Shown: positions 28,486-43,087 of the stretch, one piece after another | Layout: each line of letters begins with the position of its first letter | How positions within the stretch are numbered: position 1 is the first letter of the stretch | NCBI GenBank assembly: GCA_964016885.1 | Contig: OZ024746.1 | Coordinates: forward strand, 63,860,001 to 63,924,000 | DNA from: Eledone cirrhosa | Lineage: Eukaryota | Length of the DNA stretch: 64,000 bases | Direction of reading: 5' to 3' | Made by a program: the position numbers and the translations under genes | Notes under the pieces: generated by a model | Database searches by the model: none | What the model was told of the DNA's origin: nothing | The model's input: only the letters and a program-made list of their open reading frames with translations

Positions 28486-28540
<55 letters not shown>

Positions 28541-28543
<3 letters not shown>

Positions 28544-29241
28544 TATATTATATTTAGAGATTAAACTCATAGTCGTTTACAATTAATCAGCTCAAAGAAA
28601 GAGGCATTTCTGAGCAGTGAAATACAAGTTATATATTAATATATATGATAAACACAAACGTGTTTGTATTGTAACAGACAAAGTTAGCTAGCATGAAATA
28701 AACTAATTAAAGTGAATACAATTTGTCTGTCTCGATATAAGTCAATAAAGACAAGCTTATATTGGCAAAAGCCGTGATTCCTGGACAAATTTAAATTTCA
28801 AAATCCAAACCCGCTCCGTAGATGAATTTGAACTTCGAAACCCAAATATGTTTCGCAACGATGGTACATGAATTGAAAAATAAAGAGAATCGAAATGAAA
28901 TTGAAATAAAAAGTGAAATATCCAAATTTTGCAGGTCTGATTACACATGGTGTAGCCAGCTATACTAGCCATCCCATATTCCCGGTGCTAGAAATAACAG
29001 CCGTTTATACGGGATTAAAGATCAGCTCTACAGTTAAGGAGCAATATACTATATTATATTTAGAGATTAAACTCATAGTCGTTTACAATTAATCAGCTCA
29101 AACAAAGAGGCATTTCTGAGCGAAATACAAGTTATATATTTTACTGGATTCCTGTTGATAAGCACAGAAGATTTGGATATTTCACTTTTTATTTCAATTT
29201 CATTTCGATTCTCTTTATTTTTCAATTCATGTACCATCGTA
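28541..29241. repeat. Rearranged element: direct repeat 28541-28638/29047-29140 and inverted repeat 28859-28928/29171-29239
   Basis: tactatattatatttagagattaaactcatagtcg occurs twice; cgatggtacatgaattgaaaaataaagagaatcg and its reverse complement. Confidence 0.85.
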
Positions 29242-29256
29242 CATATATATATATAT

Positions 29257-29553
29257 GGAGGCACATGGCTTAGTGGTTAGAGCATTGGCCTTGCAATCGA
29301 AAGGTTGTGAGTTCAATTCTCAGAGCGGGTGATGTGTTGTTTCCTTGAGCAAGAGACTTTATTTCACATTGCTCCAGTTTACTCAGCTGTAGAACTGCAA
29401 AGTGGTCGTGGAGGTGCCATGGCAAAAAAGCACCCAGCACTCACTGTAAATGAGGCTGGCATCCAGCTGTAGAAATCAAGCCAGAACCAATTCCCGTCCC
29501 ACCCTTGCAAGCAGGGAAAAGCGGACGTAAAATGAAATGATGATGATGATGAT
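29257..29553 (+). mobile_element. CORE/RTE SINE with internal deletions
   Basis: tRNA-like head, core, cccgtcccacccttgcaagcagggaaaagcggacgtaaaatga tail. Confidence 0.85.
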
Positions 29554-29558
29554 ATATA

Positions 29559-29844
<286 letters not shown>

Positions 29845-30337
29845 TATATATATATTTATTTATAAATATATATATATAAGGAACACTTGTGATTATTTAT
29901 GCCCTTGAGAAGCCCAACTGGGCGAAACGTACGTAGGTGATATTTTAAATAAACACGTTTTAACGGTCTATTCTCCGATTTTTTACTTTCCCACGTGCTT
30001 ACGCTCTGCTAACTCTCTAGCCCACTAAATATTAACACTTCGAATATTTAATACTGCCGGCACTAGTATCGAGCACCTTTGGCATACGCTACTTGGCAAA
30101 TAACTATATGTATCACCTATCCCCCCTTTTTTTCTCTTTCTCGATACGTAAATACTATATTTATTTATATATATATTACACATATATATTATAATGCTCG
30201 GTTATTACCCATATATATTATATATATTACACATATATATTATTTATTATAATGCTCGGTTTGTTTATAAACAAACAGTCCGAATTACGCCGTACAGTGT
30301 TCATCGACACCTTTTTGTTCAACACTGACACAGGAAG

Positions 30338-30376
30338 GATGTACTAGTTTCAAGCTTATTAGCTATCGTCAGCATC
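30338..30376 (-). ncRNA. Minimal hammerhead ribozyme in repeat 30290-30545
   Basis: On minus: gatg-CTGACGA-tagct-aata-agctt-GAAAC-ta-GTA-catc. Confidence 0.75.
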
Positions 30377-30593
30377 GTATACCTTTTTGTCAGATGGTTG
30401 AACGTCTGACAGTATATACTTTCCTTATACACATTAACGACTGAGCAGCCTAATTTGCATATCGAGTGAGTTAGTCGGCCGGGCGCACCGAAAACAATAC
30501 ATGGAAAAGAATGAAACGAAATTTCATTTCTCACTCTTAGTATCTGTAAATAAAGAAAAACGTATGCTCTGATATATATATAAAATATATATA

Positions 30594-30722
<129 letters not shown>

Positions 30723-31579
30723 ACCCTCCATCTCAATTCTACTTTTCAAAAGCATAAGAACTGTGTAAACCGGTAAAGGAAACAAATAAATATTCTTAAA
30801 AAGACTCCAGTTGGATTTTCGATTTCATCTTTTTTCTCTATATAAATATATATGTATATATTTGTTTAATAACATCTAGTTGAGGGCTTTCATTCGGTTT
30901 GTGTAAAGGATTTAAACCCTTTGTTCAAATTTTGAATTTGACCGCCAAAACCGGGGGTTACCTCTCTTAGGATAAACCACGTGACTACTAGCAGTGCTTA
31001 CTACTAGTTCTTGCAACCGGAGGAAGCAGACAGAACGAAAACTTATTGACGAAATAAATTCCACTCTTCTATCTTCCAAAGCCCAATTAACTTGCAGGCC
31101 CCTGCAAATGGATTTTGTTGATTTCGGATTTACAGAAACCTAGTGGAGATGTTATATAATTTTATGTAATATGTCCATGATGGTCCAGGTAATAGTCAAA
31201 CTTTTCCCTGAGTCGGGTTTATCGTTGTTCTGGTCCCAACGGCTCGCTTTTCGGTCACTGGCTTCAATTTGCATAGCTGTTTAAACGTAATGTTATAACT
31301 CTAAGGTAAAATTCCTTATTGAGTGCTTTTGGCTGAACTTCCCGACTGCATTCATTAGGTTACCGGCAACCAGAGCTCCGATTATGGTGTACTACTTTCT
31401 TGTACTATGTATATATATATATAACGAAGGAAATGTGGTAAGGAACCAGATGGACCATAACGCACCAAAGTACTCAATTTGAGAAGCTCGGCTATTCATT
31501 TACCAGGATAAAAATTTTCATTTAGTCCAGAATTAGCCGTCGAAAAGGCTTGAGCTCAGCCGTCGGAGTCCTACTCGTT

Positions 31580-31653
<74 letters not shown>

Positions 31654-31887
31654 AGTATGTATGTATACGTACATACATATATGTATACAGACGTACAGTA
31701 GCATGTATATATATATATATATATATACATACATGCAGGTACACATACATATATGCACGCATCAGTTTAGCAGACGCTTATTATAGCGCTGCTTTGTTCG
31801 TTTGTCAACAAACTGAACAGCCTGAATTTATGCCATACGGTGTTAAGGCAACCACGTCACCTTTTTGTTCAACACTGACACAGGAAC

Positions 31888-31926
31888 GATGTACTAGTTT
31901 CAAGCTTGTTAGCTATCATCAGCACC
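31888..31926 (-). ncRNA. Minimal hammerhead ribozyme, second copy (repeat ~31850-32240, ends in fold-back 32050-32112/32167-32239)
   Basis: On minus: ggtg-CTGATGA-tagct-aaca-agctt-GAAAC-ta-GTA-catc; differences from the first copy fall at the N position, the loop and a G.U pair. Confidence 0.75.
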
Positions 31927-32236
31927 GTTTACCCATCTGCCAGATAGTTGAACGTTCGAAAGTATATACTTTCCTTATGAAAATTAACGGCTGAGCAGCC
32001 TAATTTGCATATTGAGTGAGTTAAATCGGTCAGGCATACCGAAAACGATAAGTTGAAAAAAATGAAAACGAAAAACGAAATTTCATTTCTCACTCTTAGT
32101 ATGGCACTTACTTAAATGTAAGTATGTATGTATACGTACATACATATATGTATACAGACGTACAGTAGCATGTATATGTAAGTGCCATACTAAGAGTGAG
32201 AAATGAAATTTCGTTTTTCGTTTTCATTTTTTTCAA

Positions 32237-32323
<87 letters not shown>

Positions 32324-33072
32324 TATATATATACATTATATCTGTTAGACACGCAGTGACTAACAACAGAATGTTTTAAGTCTGCATGTCTGACATATAT
32401 GCGTAGCTTGTGAATAAAAAATTCAAGGGGTGTCGTTGGCCGTGGTGATGATCGCTGCCAAACATGTTTTGTAATGTATCGTCTTATTGGCTAATCAACC
32501 AACGAGAGTAATTATTGCTCAAAAGCATCTGCCACTTTGTTTGCACGTTTATTTATCGTTTCGCTTTCGAATCTTCCTCCTGTATTTCGTGGTTTATCAT
32601 CAAAATATTTTTCTCGTTTTTGTAAGTTATATTGTTAATTTATATATGATTTTTTAAATTTATATTAACTATTTTTTTTTTCAGTTCGTTATAACATGCT
32701 TATAATATTGGTTGTATCATATTTACTTGTATATTTGTCGATATTATTGTTCGTTTTATGTTAGATTATTTTATTATTATTGTTAGATTATTTTTTTATT
32801 ATTATGTTAGACTATTTGTATGTAATATTTAATTTTTATTAATTCAACTATAACAATTATTATGTAAAATATATTTATTTAATATTGATTGTTTTTTGTA
32901 GTTGTTTATATTAAAAGTCTGAAAATATTTTTAGACATCTTACAATAATATTTATAAGATCATTTATAAAATAACAATTATATAATCTAATTACATTACA
33001 ACGATAATTTATTATTAATATATATCATGTTTAACTAGAGTTATTACAAGCGTTGCCTTAAAAAAATATTAA

Positions 33073-33519
33073 ACTAGACCTGAAAAATGCGCAAGCTCAA
33101 AAGAGCCACTGAATGTTATAATAAACCTTCAAAAGTGTGGGTCTAGAGTTGTTGCTCAAAAATATTGTAATCATTATCTATCGTACACTCTGTGGCATCC
33201 TTTTATAAGAAAAGAGACTCATAACGAACTCAAGACGACACGATAATTATTTAAGTGAATTTATAATATAGAATTCGGTTTAAGTGCATTTCGTATTAAT
33301 CATTACTAAATATCTAATATGAGATATTGAACATTAGCTTAAATAATTATCGTGTCGTCTTGAGTTCGTTATGAGTCTCTCTTTTATAAAAGGATGCCAC
33401 AGTGTGTACGATATATAAGGATTACAATATTTTTGAGCAACAACTCTAGTCCCACACTTTTGAAGGTTTATTATAACATTCTGTGGCTCTTTTGAGCTTG
33501 CGCATTTTTCAGGTCTAGT
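33073..33519. mobile_element. Fold-back/MITE-like element with ~182-bp inverted arms (33073-33255/33338-33519), ACTAG...CTAGT ends
   Basis: Arms are reverse complements with few mismatches; ~80-bp AT-rich spacer. Confidence 0.8.
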
Positions 33520-33799
33520 ATATACATATATATATATATATATGGAACGATCGACTTTTGTCAAATCGGACCGAGGAAACGATGTTTCCGTTGGTCTTTG
33601 CGATTGCTAATATCGGTCGCAACTCCAGGTAGAAGAAGCAACGTAAAATAAAGTGTCTTGCTCAAGGACATAACGCATCAACCGGTCCAGGAATCGAACT
33701 CACAACCTCAAGATTGTGAATTCAATTCTCTAACCACTCAGCCACACGCCTTCACATATATATATATATACATTATATATATATACATTATATATACAT

Positions 33800-33830
<31 letters not shown>

Positions 33831-33841
33831 TATATATATAC

Positions 33842-33890
<49 letters not shown>

Positions 33891-34130
33891 TATATGGATT
33901 GGCAGTATCAGTAGAGGGTTGGATGCCATGCTTTGACGCACAGAGTTACGGCCCTTGCCATTCTGAGTTCAAATTCCGCCGAGGTTAACTTTACCTTTCA
34001 TCCTTACGGGGTCGATAAAATAAAGTACCAGTAATGCACTGGGTAATTGTTGGTTTTGCATCAAAAGTAGAAAAAATTATATATATATATATATATATAC
34101 ATTATATATATACATTATATATATATATAC

Positions 34131-34171
<41 letters not shown>

Positions 34172-34263
34172 TATATATATACATTATATATATATACATT
34201 ATATATATACATTATATATATATATACATTATATATATATACATTATATATATACATTATATA

Positions 34264-34302
<39 letters not shown>

Positions 34303-34417
34303 TATATATATATACATTATATATATATATATACATTATATATGTACATTATATATATATACATTATATATATATATATATACATTATATATATATATAT
34401 ACTTTAATTTATATTTT

Positions 34418-35004
34418 AGACTCCAGATATGAGCTGAAAGTGACGTCATATTCCTTCTTAAAGGGTTAAGAAAAGAATGGGTATGCATGTAAAGACACTG
34501 CTTGAATCTATTGGCGGTTAACCCTATGTAGGCGCTACGGGACGTGAGTGTTTCAACCTTACATTTGAGGGAAACGTCGAGGTAATTAACGACCGAGAGG
34601 TTGGCCTCAACCTGTATGGAGAGGTTGAAGCCTTTAAAGAAAGCTGTGAGTTCTTTTCTGAACCTGTCGCAAGCATGTGGGCCGCACTTTGTCATGGTCA
34701 AAAGACCGCCATCACGGTACAAACCACCGCCCACGTTGGGGAATTCTTCCTTGATAGAGAAAAGAAACGTGGTTTTGTCTTTGCATGTAATTGTTTTCAC
34801 CGCATCAAATAATGACGTATTATCTTCGTTTTTTGCCAGGGAACGTTTCCACGAACCAAAGTATCGTCTTCCTGTCTTCCTTCGGTTGTAACGTTTTTTT
34901 GAAATATTTACTTCTGCGTTCACAGATTTTTTTAGTTTCAGAAGATCCCGTTAAGGGTGAAAGCAGCGATTCTTTGCTTAAACTTTAATCTGTTATTTTA
35001 ATAA

Positions 35005-35005
<1 letters not shown>
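34418..35005 (-). mobile_element. Internally deleted Penelope-like element (RT fragment fused in frame to GIY-YIG)
   Basis: GGGLYRDGGL, VVNYLDVSL then KCKV..AYIGLTANRFK..H..SF..TSLSAHIWSLK; 34890-35000 recurs inverted at 47815-47920. Confidence 0.8.
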
Positions 35006-35079
<74 letters not shown>

Positions 35080-35081
<2 letters not shown>

Positions 35082-37843
35082 CATCATCATCATCATTTTA
35101 CGTCCGCTTTCCCTGCTTGCAAGGGTGGGACGGGTCCTATTCAGCACAGCATCTCTCCACTTGTCACAGTCCTTTGTCATCTCCACTGTGAGCTTCAGCG
35201 ATCTGAGGTCTGCTCTCACCACCTCCGCCCATGTTTTTCGTGGTCTACCTCTACCACGTCATCCCTCAACTGGCATTTCCTGGCACTTCTTCACCCATCG
35301 GTCATCCGCCAGGCACATCACATGTCCATACCATCGCAATCTTCTCTCTCGCACACTACAACTTATCCCTCTCAGACACAGTTTCTCTCTCAACAGATCC
35401 ATGCTCGGTCATTCATGCACATCCAACGGAGCATGTTTGTCTCATTTCTCTCCAGCCGTCGCATATCATCCACAGTTGCTGCCCATGTCTCACTACTATA
35501 CAGTATCGCATTCCTCACACAGGCATCATGTAACCGGCCTTTCATACACGAGGAGAAACCCTTCTTCGTCAGCAGAGGAAGCAGCTCCCTAAACTTTCTC
35601 CAATCCATCCTTATTCTAGATACTATGGCCTTGGAACCCCCCCCCCCTCCCATGCTGATCTAATCTCCTAGGTACCGGAAGCTATCAACCACTTCTATAG
35701 CCCCCACCTGCATTTGAAAAATATGTCTATCAATGCGACTTCTACTGTCTAATTTCCCTGTATATCTACTGCATACGTATTTCTCACTACCTGTTAGTTT
35801 GCCTGCTATCCCACTACATCTCTTGTGTACCCAGGATCTGCATTGTGTGCATTTTATAGAATTTATGCCAGTTCCTTTTCTGCATATCGAACATGGCCAT
35901 TTCCCTGACGGAATCAGAGTTTTGTCCTCTTTTCGACTCATCAACACTTTTTTAGCTAGGTTCACTCTCAGTCTTCTTGGGTCCAACTGCTGTTTCCATA
36001 GCCAGAATTTATTCTCTAGGTCCTCTACTGATTCTGCTATAAGAACCAAATCGTCAGCATAGAGAAGTTCCCATGGACAGCCAGTCTTAAACTCCTCTGT
36101 TATGGCTTGGAGGACTATAATGAACAAGAGTGGGCTGAGGACTGTACCCTGATGTACTCCTACTTGTATCTGGAATACCTCACTAGACTCCATTTCTACC
36201 CTCACTTTACTGACAGCACCTCTGTACAAAGTTTGCACTGTCCTCACAAGCCATTCCTCAACACCTAGTTTCTTTAGGGACCACCAGATGACAGATCGGG
36301 GTACCCTATCAAATGCCTCCTCTAGGTCAACAAAAGCTAAGTATAGTGGCTTATTCTTCTCTAAGAACCTCTTTTGTAATTGTTTCACCAAGAAGAGGGC
36401 ATCTTGTACTTTTCCCAGGCACAAAACCAAACTGCATCTCATCTAGTTTGACCCTTTCTCTAATTAGTTGCGCTAATATCCTTTCTGCCACTTTCATAAC
36501 CTGATCCATCAGTTTTATGCCCCTATAATTGCTCCTCTCCAGAGTATCCTTTGTAGCAATTTAGGAGAATACTGCTGCACCAGTCTTTGGGTATGACACC
36601 ACCATAAATAGCCAGATTGATGATGCGTGCAACCAGTTTAGTGCCTACGTCCCCTGATGCCTTCAGCATCTCAGCAACTATTCCCAATGGTCCAGCAGCC
36701 TTACCATTTTTCATTTCCTTAATCGCCTCTTGGACCCTATATTCATCAATATCAATAGCTGGTCCCTCTGTCGGATCTACTGAGGGTAATTTCTCTCTCT
36801 CCCATTCATTCTCCACATTCATCAGTCTCTCATAATGACATTTCCAGGCCTCCTTTTTCTGATCATTCGTGACACTAAGTACACCGGCATCATTCCGGAC
36901 ACATTTCTCTCCAGCAACATCCTGATTTGCATTGACATACTTACTGCCTTGCAATGTGGAACACCGCACGTCTCTGATCTTCCCATCGCAGAACATTGGC
37001 AAGCCTCCTACTCTCAGCCTCCCTGCGTGCTAAGTACACCTGACGTCTAGCTTTTCTCTTAGCGGCTGTATATTCTTCCCTACTCCCACCCTTTTTCCAA
37101 GCCTTCCATGCTAGTCTTTTGTCTCTAATGGTCCTACCTACAGTGCTGTTCCACCACAAGGTCACTCTCTGTCTAGTTGGAGCTCTGCTCCAGCCACAAG
37201 TTTCATCAGTAGCCTGCAGTAAGTTGTCACGTAAGAAATTCCAGTTATCATCTATGTCATACGACTCTAAATCGTCTTCTTTTTTGTCATACACATCTTG
37301 AAGGGCTTTCCTAAATTTGTATTTTAGTGAAAGGTCTTTTAGCTTCCAGACCTTTCTTCTCCACACCTTCCTGCATGTCTCATTCCGTCTCATGCTTGCT
37401 GAGATATCACTAACGACTAACCTATGCTGTGGGGTACATTCTTCCCCAGGGTATGCCTTGGTATTTGACACCATCTGCCTACCACGCTGCCTAATTAGTA
37501 AGAAGTCAATCTGATTTATGTGCTCACCTGATTTGTAGGTTATTAGGTGGTTGGCAGGTTTCTGGAAGTTAGTGTTGCAAATGGTTAGTGTACTTGCATC
37601 AAAAAATTCAAGAAGTCTCACTCTTTCTTCATTTCTTGAGCCGTAACCATTCCCACCATGTACCCCAATGTAACAATCCTGGAGCTGTCCAACATGACCA
37701 TTGAAGTGTCCTGCTCGCATAACGATGTCTCCATCCTCTGTCATTGCGGCTGTTTGTAAAAGTTGCTCGTAAAAGCAGTCTTTCTCTTCTTTACCTAGGC
37801 CTGCTTGGGGAGCATAGGCAGAGATGAATGTCAGTAGTCTCCT
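35080..37843 (-). mobile_element. RTE-clade LINE, 5'-truncated and frameshifted (same family as 58190-61428)
   Basis: APE motifs (GHFNGHVG, QIDFLL, PQHRLVV), RT (FVDLEEAFDRVP, GVHQG, LLYADDLV), PHD-like finger, (GAT)n tail. Confidence 0.95.
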
Positions 37844-37858
37844 ATATATATATATATA

Positions 37859-39262
37859 TCATCATCATCATCATCATCAACGTTTAACGTCCGTGTTCCA
37901 CGCTTGCATGGGTTTGGACGGGGGTTTTCCCACTTGAGGCAAGAGTGATTGTCTTGCTCGCATAGGACTGTCTGGCAGGTTTTCTACAGTTGGATGCCCT
38001 TCCTAACACCAACCACATTTACAGTGTGGGTCTGGGAGGTTTTTACCGTGTTGCCTACACGGCCACATTACAGCGTGGACTGTGTGTTTTTTTGTCGTGA
38101 CACCTACACGATCTCATTTGTTTCGGCCTGGATGTTGTGGCACCAACATAACTTTACATAGAAGGGGGCGGTGTGGATGGGGTGGGGGGAGGGACGGGGG
38201 TGTATTTTGTTAGAGATGCCTACTGACTGTAGTAGGTTTTACTTTGTATTTAGGTAAGGCGGGTCTTCTCTATTACTGAGTACCGCCAAAGGTCTCGGTC
38301 CAGTGACATTGTCTTGGTGAGGTGTAAGTGTGAGAGGTCGGAATTTATCAGCTCGTCCCAGGTTTTTCTGGGTCTGCCTACTCCGTGGCTACCGTCTATC
38401 TTTATTGCCCTGCACTTTGTTATACAGCTATCGTCCTTCATGCGCATCACGTGACCATACCAACGTAGCCTTCTCTCTAGTAAACAGCATCTGATCCCTC
38501 TTATTTCTAATTTTTTCCTTAGTTCGTTTATGCTTTGTCGTTCACGTATATTACTATTACACATCCAGCGGAGCATGCAAGCTTCGTTTCTCTCTAGTCT
38601 GCTTATATCCTCTGCACACAATGCCCAGGTCTCACTGCCATGCAACATTGCTGTTCGTATGCAGGCATCGTACAGCCTGCCTTTCATTTTTAGGGAGAAC
38701 CCTTTAGCGGCTAATAGTGGTATAAGCTCTCTGAACTTTTTCCACCCAGTTCTGACTCTAGCTACTGTACTTTCAGAGCACCCTCCCCCACTGCTGATTT
38801 TGTCACCCAGGTAACGGAAGCTGTCCACTATTTCTATAGAACCCTCTGCGCAGTTGAAAGAGCTAGTATTTGTGGGTACTTGCTGCTACTTATTGCCCCA
38901 GAACACCGGCCACATGTAAAATCTATGTTCTTAGTTAGCTTACCTGTGATCCCACTACATCTTTTATGCACCCAAACTTTGCATTTGGGACACAAAATGG
39001 AATTTCTACCTACGCCTTTCCTACACTCTACGCATGGCCACTTCCCGGAGGGGACCGCCGCCTTATTTTCTTTCTTACAAACTAGAACTTTAGTCTTAGC
39101 CAGGTTAATTTTAAGGCCTTTGATTCTAGGCCGTGCTTCCATGTTTGGAATTTCTTCTCTAGCTCGGACATTGATTCAGCTATGAGCGTTAGATCATCTG
39201 CGTATAGGAGTTCCCATGGGCAGCCGGTCTTGAACTCCACTGTTATAGCCTGGAGGGCAATA
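37859..39262 (-). mobile_element. RTE-clade LINE, second subfamily, 5'-truncated at the RT core, long 3' extension
   Basis: GCPWELLYADD, KWPCVECRKGVGRNSILCPKCKVWVHKRC, FRYLG, RRLRWYGHV, GRPRKTW; target duplication tcagtagtctcct+(TA)n at 37831 and 39278. Confidence 0.9.
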
Positions 39263-39287
39263 ATATATATATATATATCAGTAGTCT

Positions 39288-39370
<83 letters not shown>

Positions 39371-40199
39371 CAACAGGAGGAATATAATAGTATCACTGAT
39401 GATGTTGCAGATGTGCAATGAAAGACCTTTCTTAGACTATATATATGTATTTATATCTGTATTTTTTACCATTGGTCAGTCAATGATAAACATTGAGGAC
39501 CAAATGAATTAACTGTGGAGATATAAAACATACAGAAGTGAAAACCAACCAAACAGTGACTGTGTTCTTTATTAGTTCTGACAATATTATTACAACAATA
39601 TGACCCTCCCAAGTATAACAATATTTGTTTCATTATATATATCATATATATATATACATATATATATACATTATATATAATATATATACATATATACATT
39701 ATATATAATATATATATGATGATATATATACATTGTGATGATATATATACATTATATATAATATACATATAAACATTAGGTTGACTTTGCCTTTCATCCT
39801 TACAGGGTCGATAAAATAAAGTACCAGTAATGCACTGGGTAATTGCTGGCCTTGTGCCTAAAGTAGAAACAATTATATTCATATAATATATATATAAACA
39901 TTATATATAATATCCATATATATATATATAATATATATAAACATTGTATATAATATCCATATATACATTATATATATATATAAATTTATATATATATACA
40001 TTATATATAATTGTTTCTACTTTTGGCACAAGGCCAACAATTATCCCAGTGTATTACTGGTACTTTATTTTATCGACCGCGTAAGGATGAAAGGCAAAGT
40101 TTACCTCGGCGGGATTTGAACTCAGAATGGCAAGGGCCGTAACTCTATGTGTCAAACATGGCATCCGACCCTCTACCGATACGGCCAATCCCCCAATTT

Positions 40200-40600
40200 T
40201 CTTCTATATATATAAAAGCGAGGATGTGTGTGTGTCCGTGGACAACTTTGGACAGATAAGGCTTTTACTATTCCCAACCGAATTTGACCAAATTTTCTGT
40301 GCACGTTGCACCTGTTGCTAAGATGGTCACATCACAAACATTTTTCAAATCGACCCACGTTAAGCAATAAAAAATCGATAGCAAAATTATTTTTTCTAAA
40401 GTGTCCTGTTCAGTGTTTTCCTTCATTATCAGCATAGTTTTATGTGTACAAAGATTGCACTAAATATTCGTTTGCATTAATTATTGAAGACTTCTGCTTA
40501 TTTTGACAGGTTGGGGACAAATAATTTTCTTCTTTTACTTCCTAGCTGTATATTCTTAGCATAATTTCAAACCCCGGGCAACGCCGGGTAAATCTGCTAG
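40200..40600 (+). mobile_element. Non-autonomous Helitron
   Basis: 5' TCTTCTATATATATAAAA..(GT)n; 3' hairpin cccgggcaacgccggg then CTAG before T. Confidence 0.8.
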
Positions 40601-41683
40601 TATATAATATACATATAATAATATACATATATACATTATATATATAATATATATATATATGTATTATATATATATATAATTTATATATATATATATATAT
40701 ATATACATATATACATTATATATAATATACATATACATATATTACATTATATATATTATATATATATATACATGATATATATATATATATATATAATTTA
40801 TATATATTTATATAATATATATATAGATTATATATAATATACCTTTGTTTCTACTTTAGGCACAAGGCCAGCAATTACCCAGTGCATTACTGGTACTTTA
40901 TTTTATCGACCCCGTAAGGATGAAAGGCAAAGTCAACCTCGGCGGGATTTGAACTCAGATCGTAGAGGGACGTAACTATGCTGGAAAGCATGGCGTCCAA
41001 CCCTCTACCGATACTGCCAATCCACCGCCCTTGTGCATATATAATATATATAACGTATACATTATATATATATATAACATATATAACATATATATATAAT
41101 ATATACAATATATATATATACATTATATATATATAATATATATATACATTATATATATATAATATATATATATACATTATATATATATAATATATATATA
41201 CATTATATATATATAATATATATATACATTATATATAATATATATATACATTATATATATATATAATATATATATACATTATATATAATATATATAACAT
41301 ATATATACATTATATATATATAATATATATATACATTATATATATATAATATACATATACATTGTATATATATAATATTTATAATATCAATATACATTAT
41401 ATATATATACATTGTATATTGTATTTGAATGCAAGTAAAGAAAGGCTTATGCAAAAAGTTATTTATATGTATACAATCTTTAAAAGTGCATTTGAAAATT
41501 AGACTTTTTAAGGTTTGATGGATATTTATAAATAGTTAAATATTTATGTTTGTATTCCACACCATTGGTATATTTATATACTGTATATATGTATCTTCCT
41601 GCTATTTCAACCATTAACCTAATATATTCCTTCCATATACTGTACCGATCGTGTTGTTATTGCTGTTTACCCTTTACACACAC

Positions 41684-41730
<47 letters not shown>

Positions 41731-41734
<4 letters not shown>

Positions 41735-42295
41735 GGTGTTGGATGCTTAAAGCGTCCGTATGTTGTAGGTCCGATGCTCTCATAGAGCAGAGTATGATAT
41801 CACAGAAAAAAAAGAGAAACAGTGTTGCAATGAATGGAATTTATTTGACATATTACAATCGTTTCTCTGGCGACCAGCTCGAGGCACGATCGATGTGATG
41901 ATCGAACCTGACTCTGAAAATGGCTAGGTCCTCAGATACGTCGTGATTCTACGAAGCAGATTTTCCTATGTCCTTTTACATCGATATACTTCGCTTGTCG
42001 GCTAATATCCTGTTGTCATTCTATGAGTGGTCAAGAATTGTACACGTCATCGGTATTTCTAGCCACTCATGGTTGTCCACTATTTGGTTCTTTTCATTCT
42101 CCACCTGTCAATCAAATGTGTTTCTTAGGTCGGAATTACTACTGTAATAGGTAAGGGGTTGTTGTATGCTTGAACTGTTGGCGGCACTTCGACGTCTTCA
42201 CTATCTTTAGGTACCCACTTCTACACCGATGGCGTATACATCATCAACTGTATTGTATGTGACGATCACCGTAAATAATGTTTGGAGGGAATTTT
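41731..42295 (-). mobile_element. Non-palindromic member of the 905-1292 family with a minus-strand hammerhead (~41847-41940)
   Basis: gacatattacaatcgtttctctggcgaccagctcgaggcacgatcgatg is identical to the 1032-1080 region. Confidence 0.75.
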
Positions 42296-42788
42296 TAAAT
42301 CATATTAGAAAAATATTTATCATAATGTTTCAAGAACACAGCCTCAGAATACCTTAAAACATACATATTTCAAAAGGAAAAAGAAAAAAAACTCTGTACA
42401 AGGAACGTTTTTAAATGAATGCTTGGAACAGCCTTTCAAAAAAAATTATTTCGAAGGCATTTTTGATAAATATACACATATCTACACTCACAAACTGTAC
42501 TCAGGGAAGCGTGTACATTTGAGACGCTGCAACTATATACACATGAAAAAAAGAAAGACCTACACATAAACACACATGGGACACATAGATATATGAATAT
42601 ATGTATGTATGTTTCTAAATCCTGTGTGTGTTTATGTGTGTGCAACTTAGTATGCATATGTACACATGCTGTAAAGGTGAATCAGTTTTCATAAGAATAC
42701 ATCACCATTTGGAATAAAATTCATGAATAAATTATGTTCATATTAGTGTGAGAGTATTAGATATAAATCTGTTTATATGAGTAATTGA

Positions 42789-42832
<44 letters not shown>

Positions 42833-42971
42833 TGTGTGTGTGTGGTGTGTGTGTGTGTATGTATGGGTTTGTGTGTGCAGCAGCATATGCATCATAGTTA
42901 TACACAAAGATATGAATTAAAATATTAACATTTAAATATTCATGTAATGCATTATGCGTCTCTATGCGCGC

Positions 42972-43087
<116 letters not shown>

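Larger units (their letters stand above)
25396..28492 (+). mobile_element. Penelope-like retroelement insertion bracketed by inverted hammerhead-bearing termini (25541-25684 / 28396-28490)
   Basis: RT and GIY-YIG remnants inside; termini are reverse complements containing CTGAAGA-gggcatacc...tatccct-GAAAT; flanked by (TA)n. Confidence 0.8.

Noticed and set aside
29257-29330. Functional tRNA genes at SINE heads
   Set aside because: Acceptor stems are imperfect and the heads are continuous with SINE bodies
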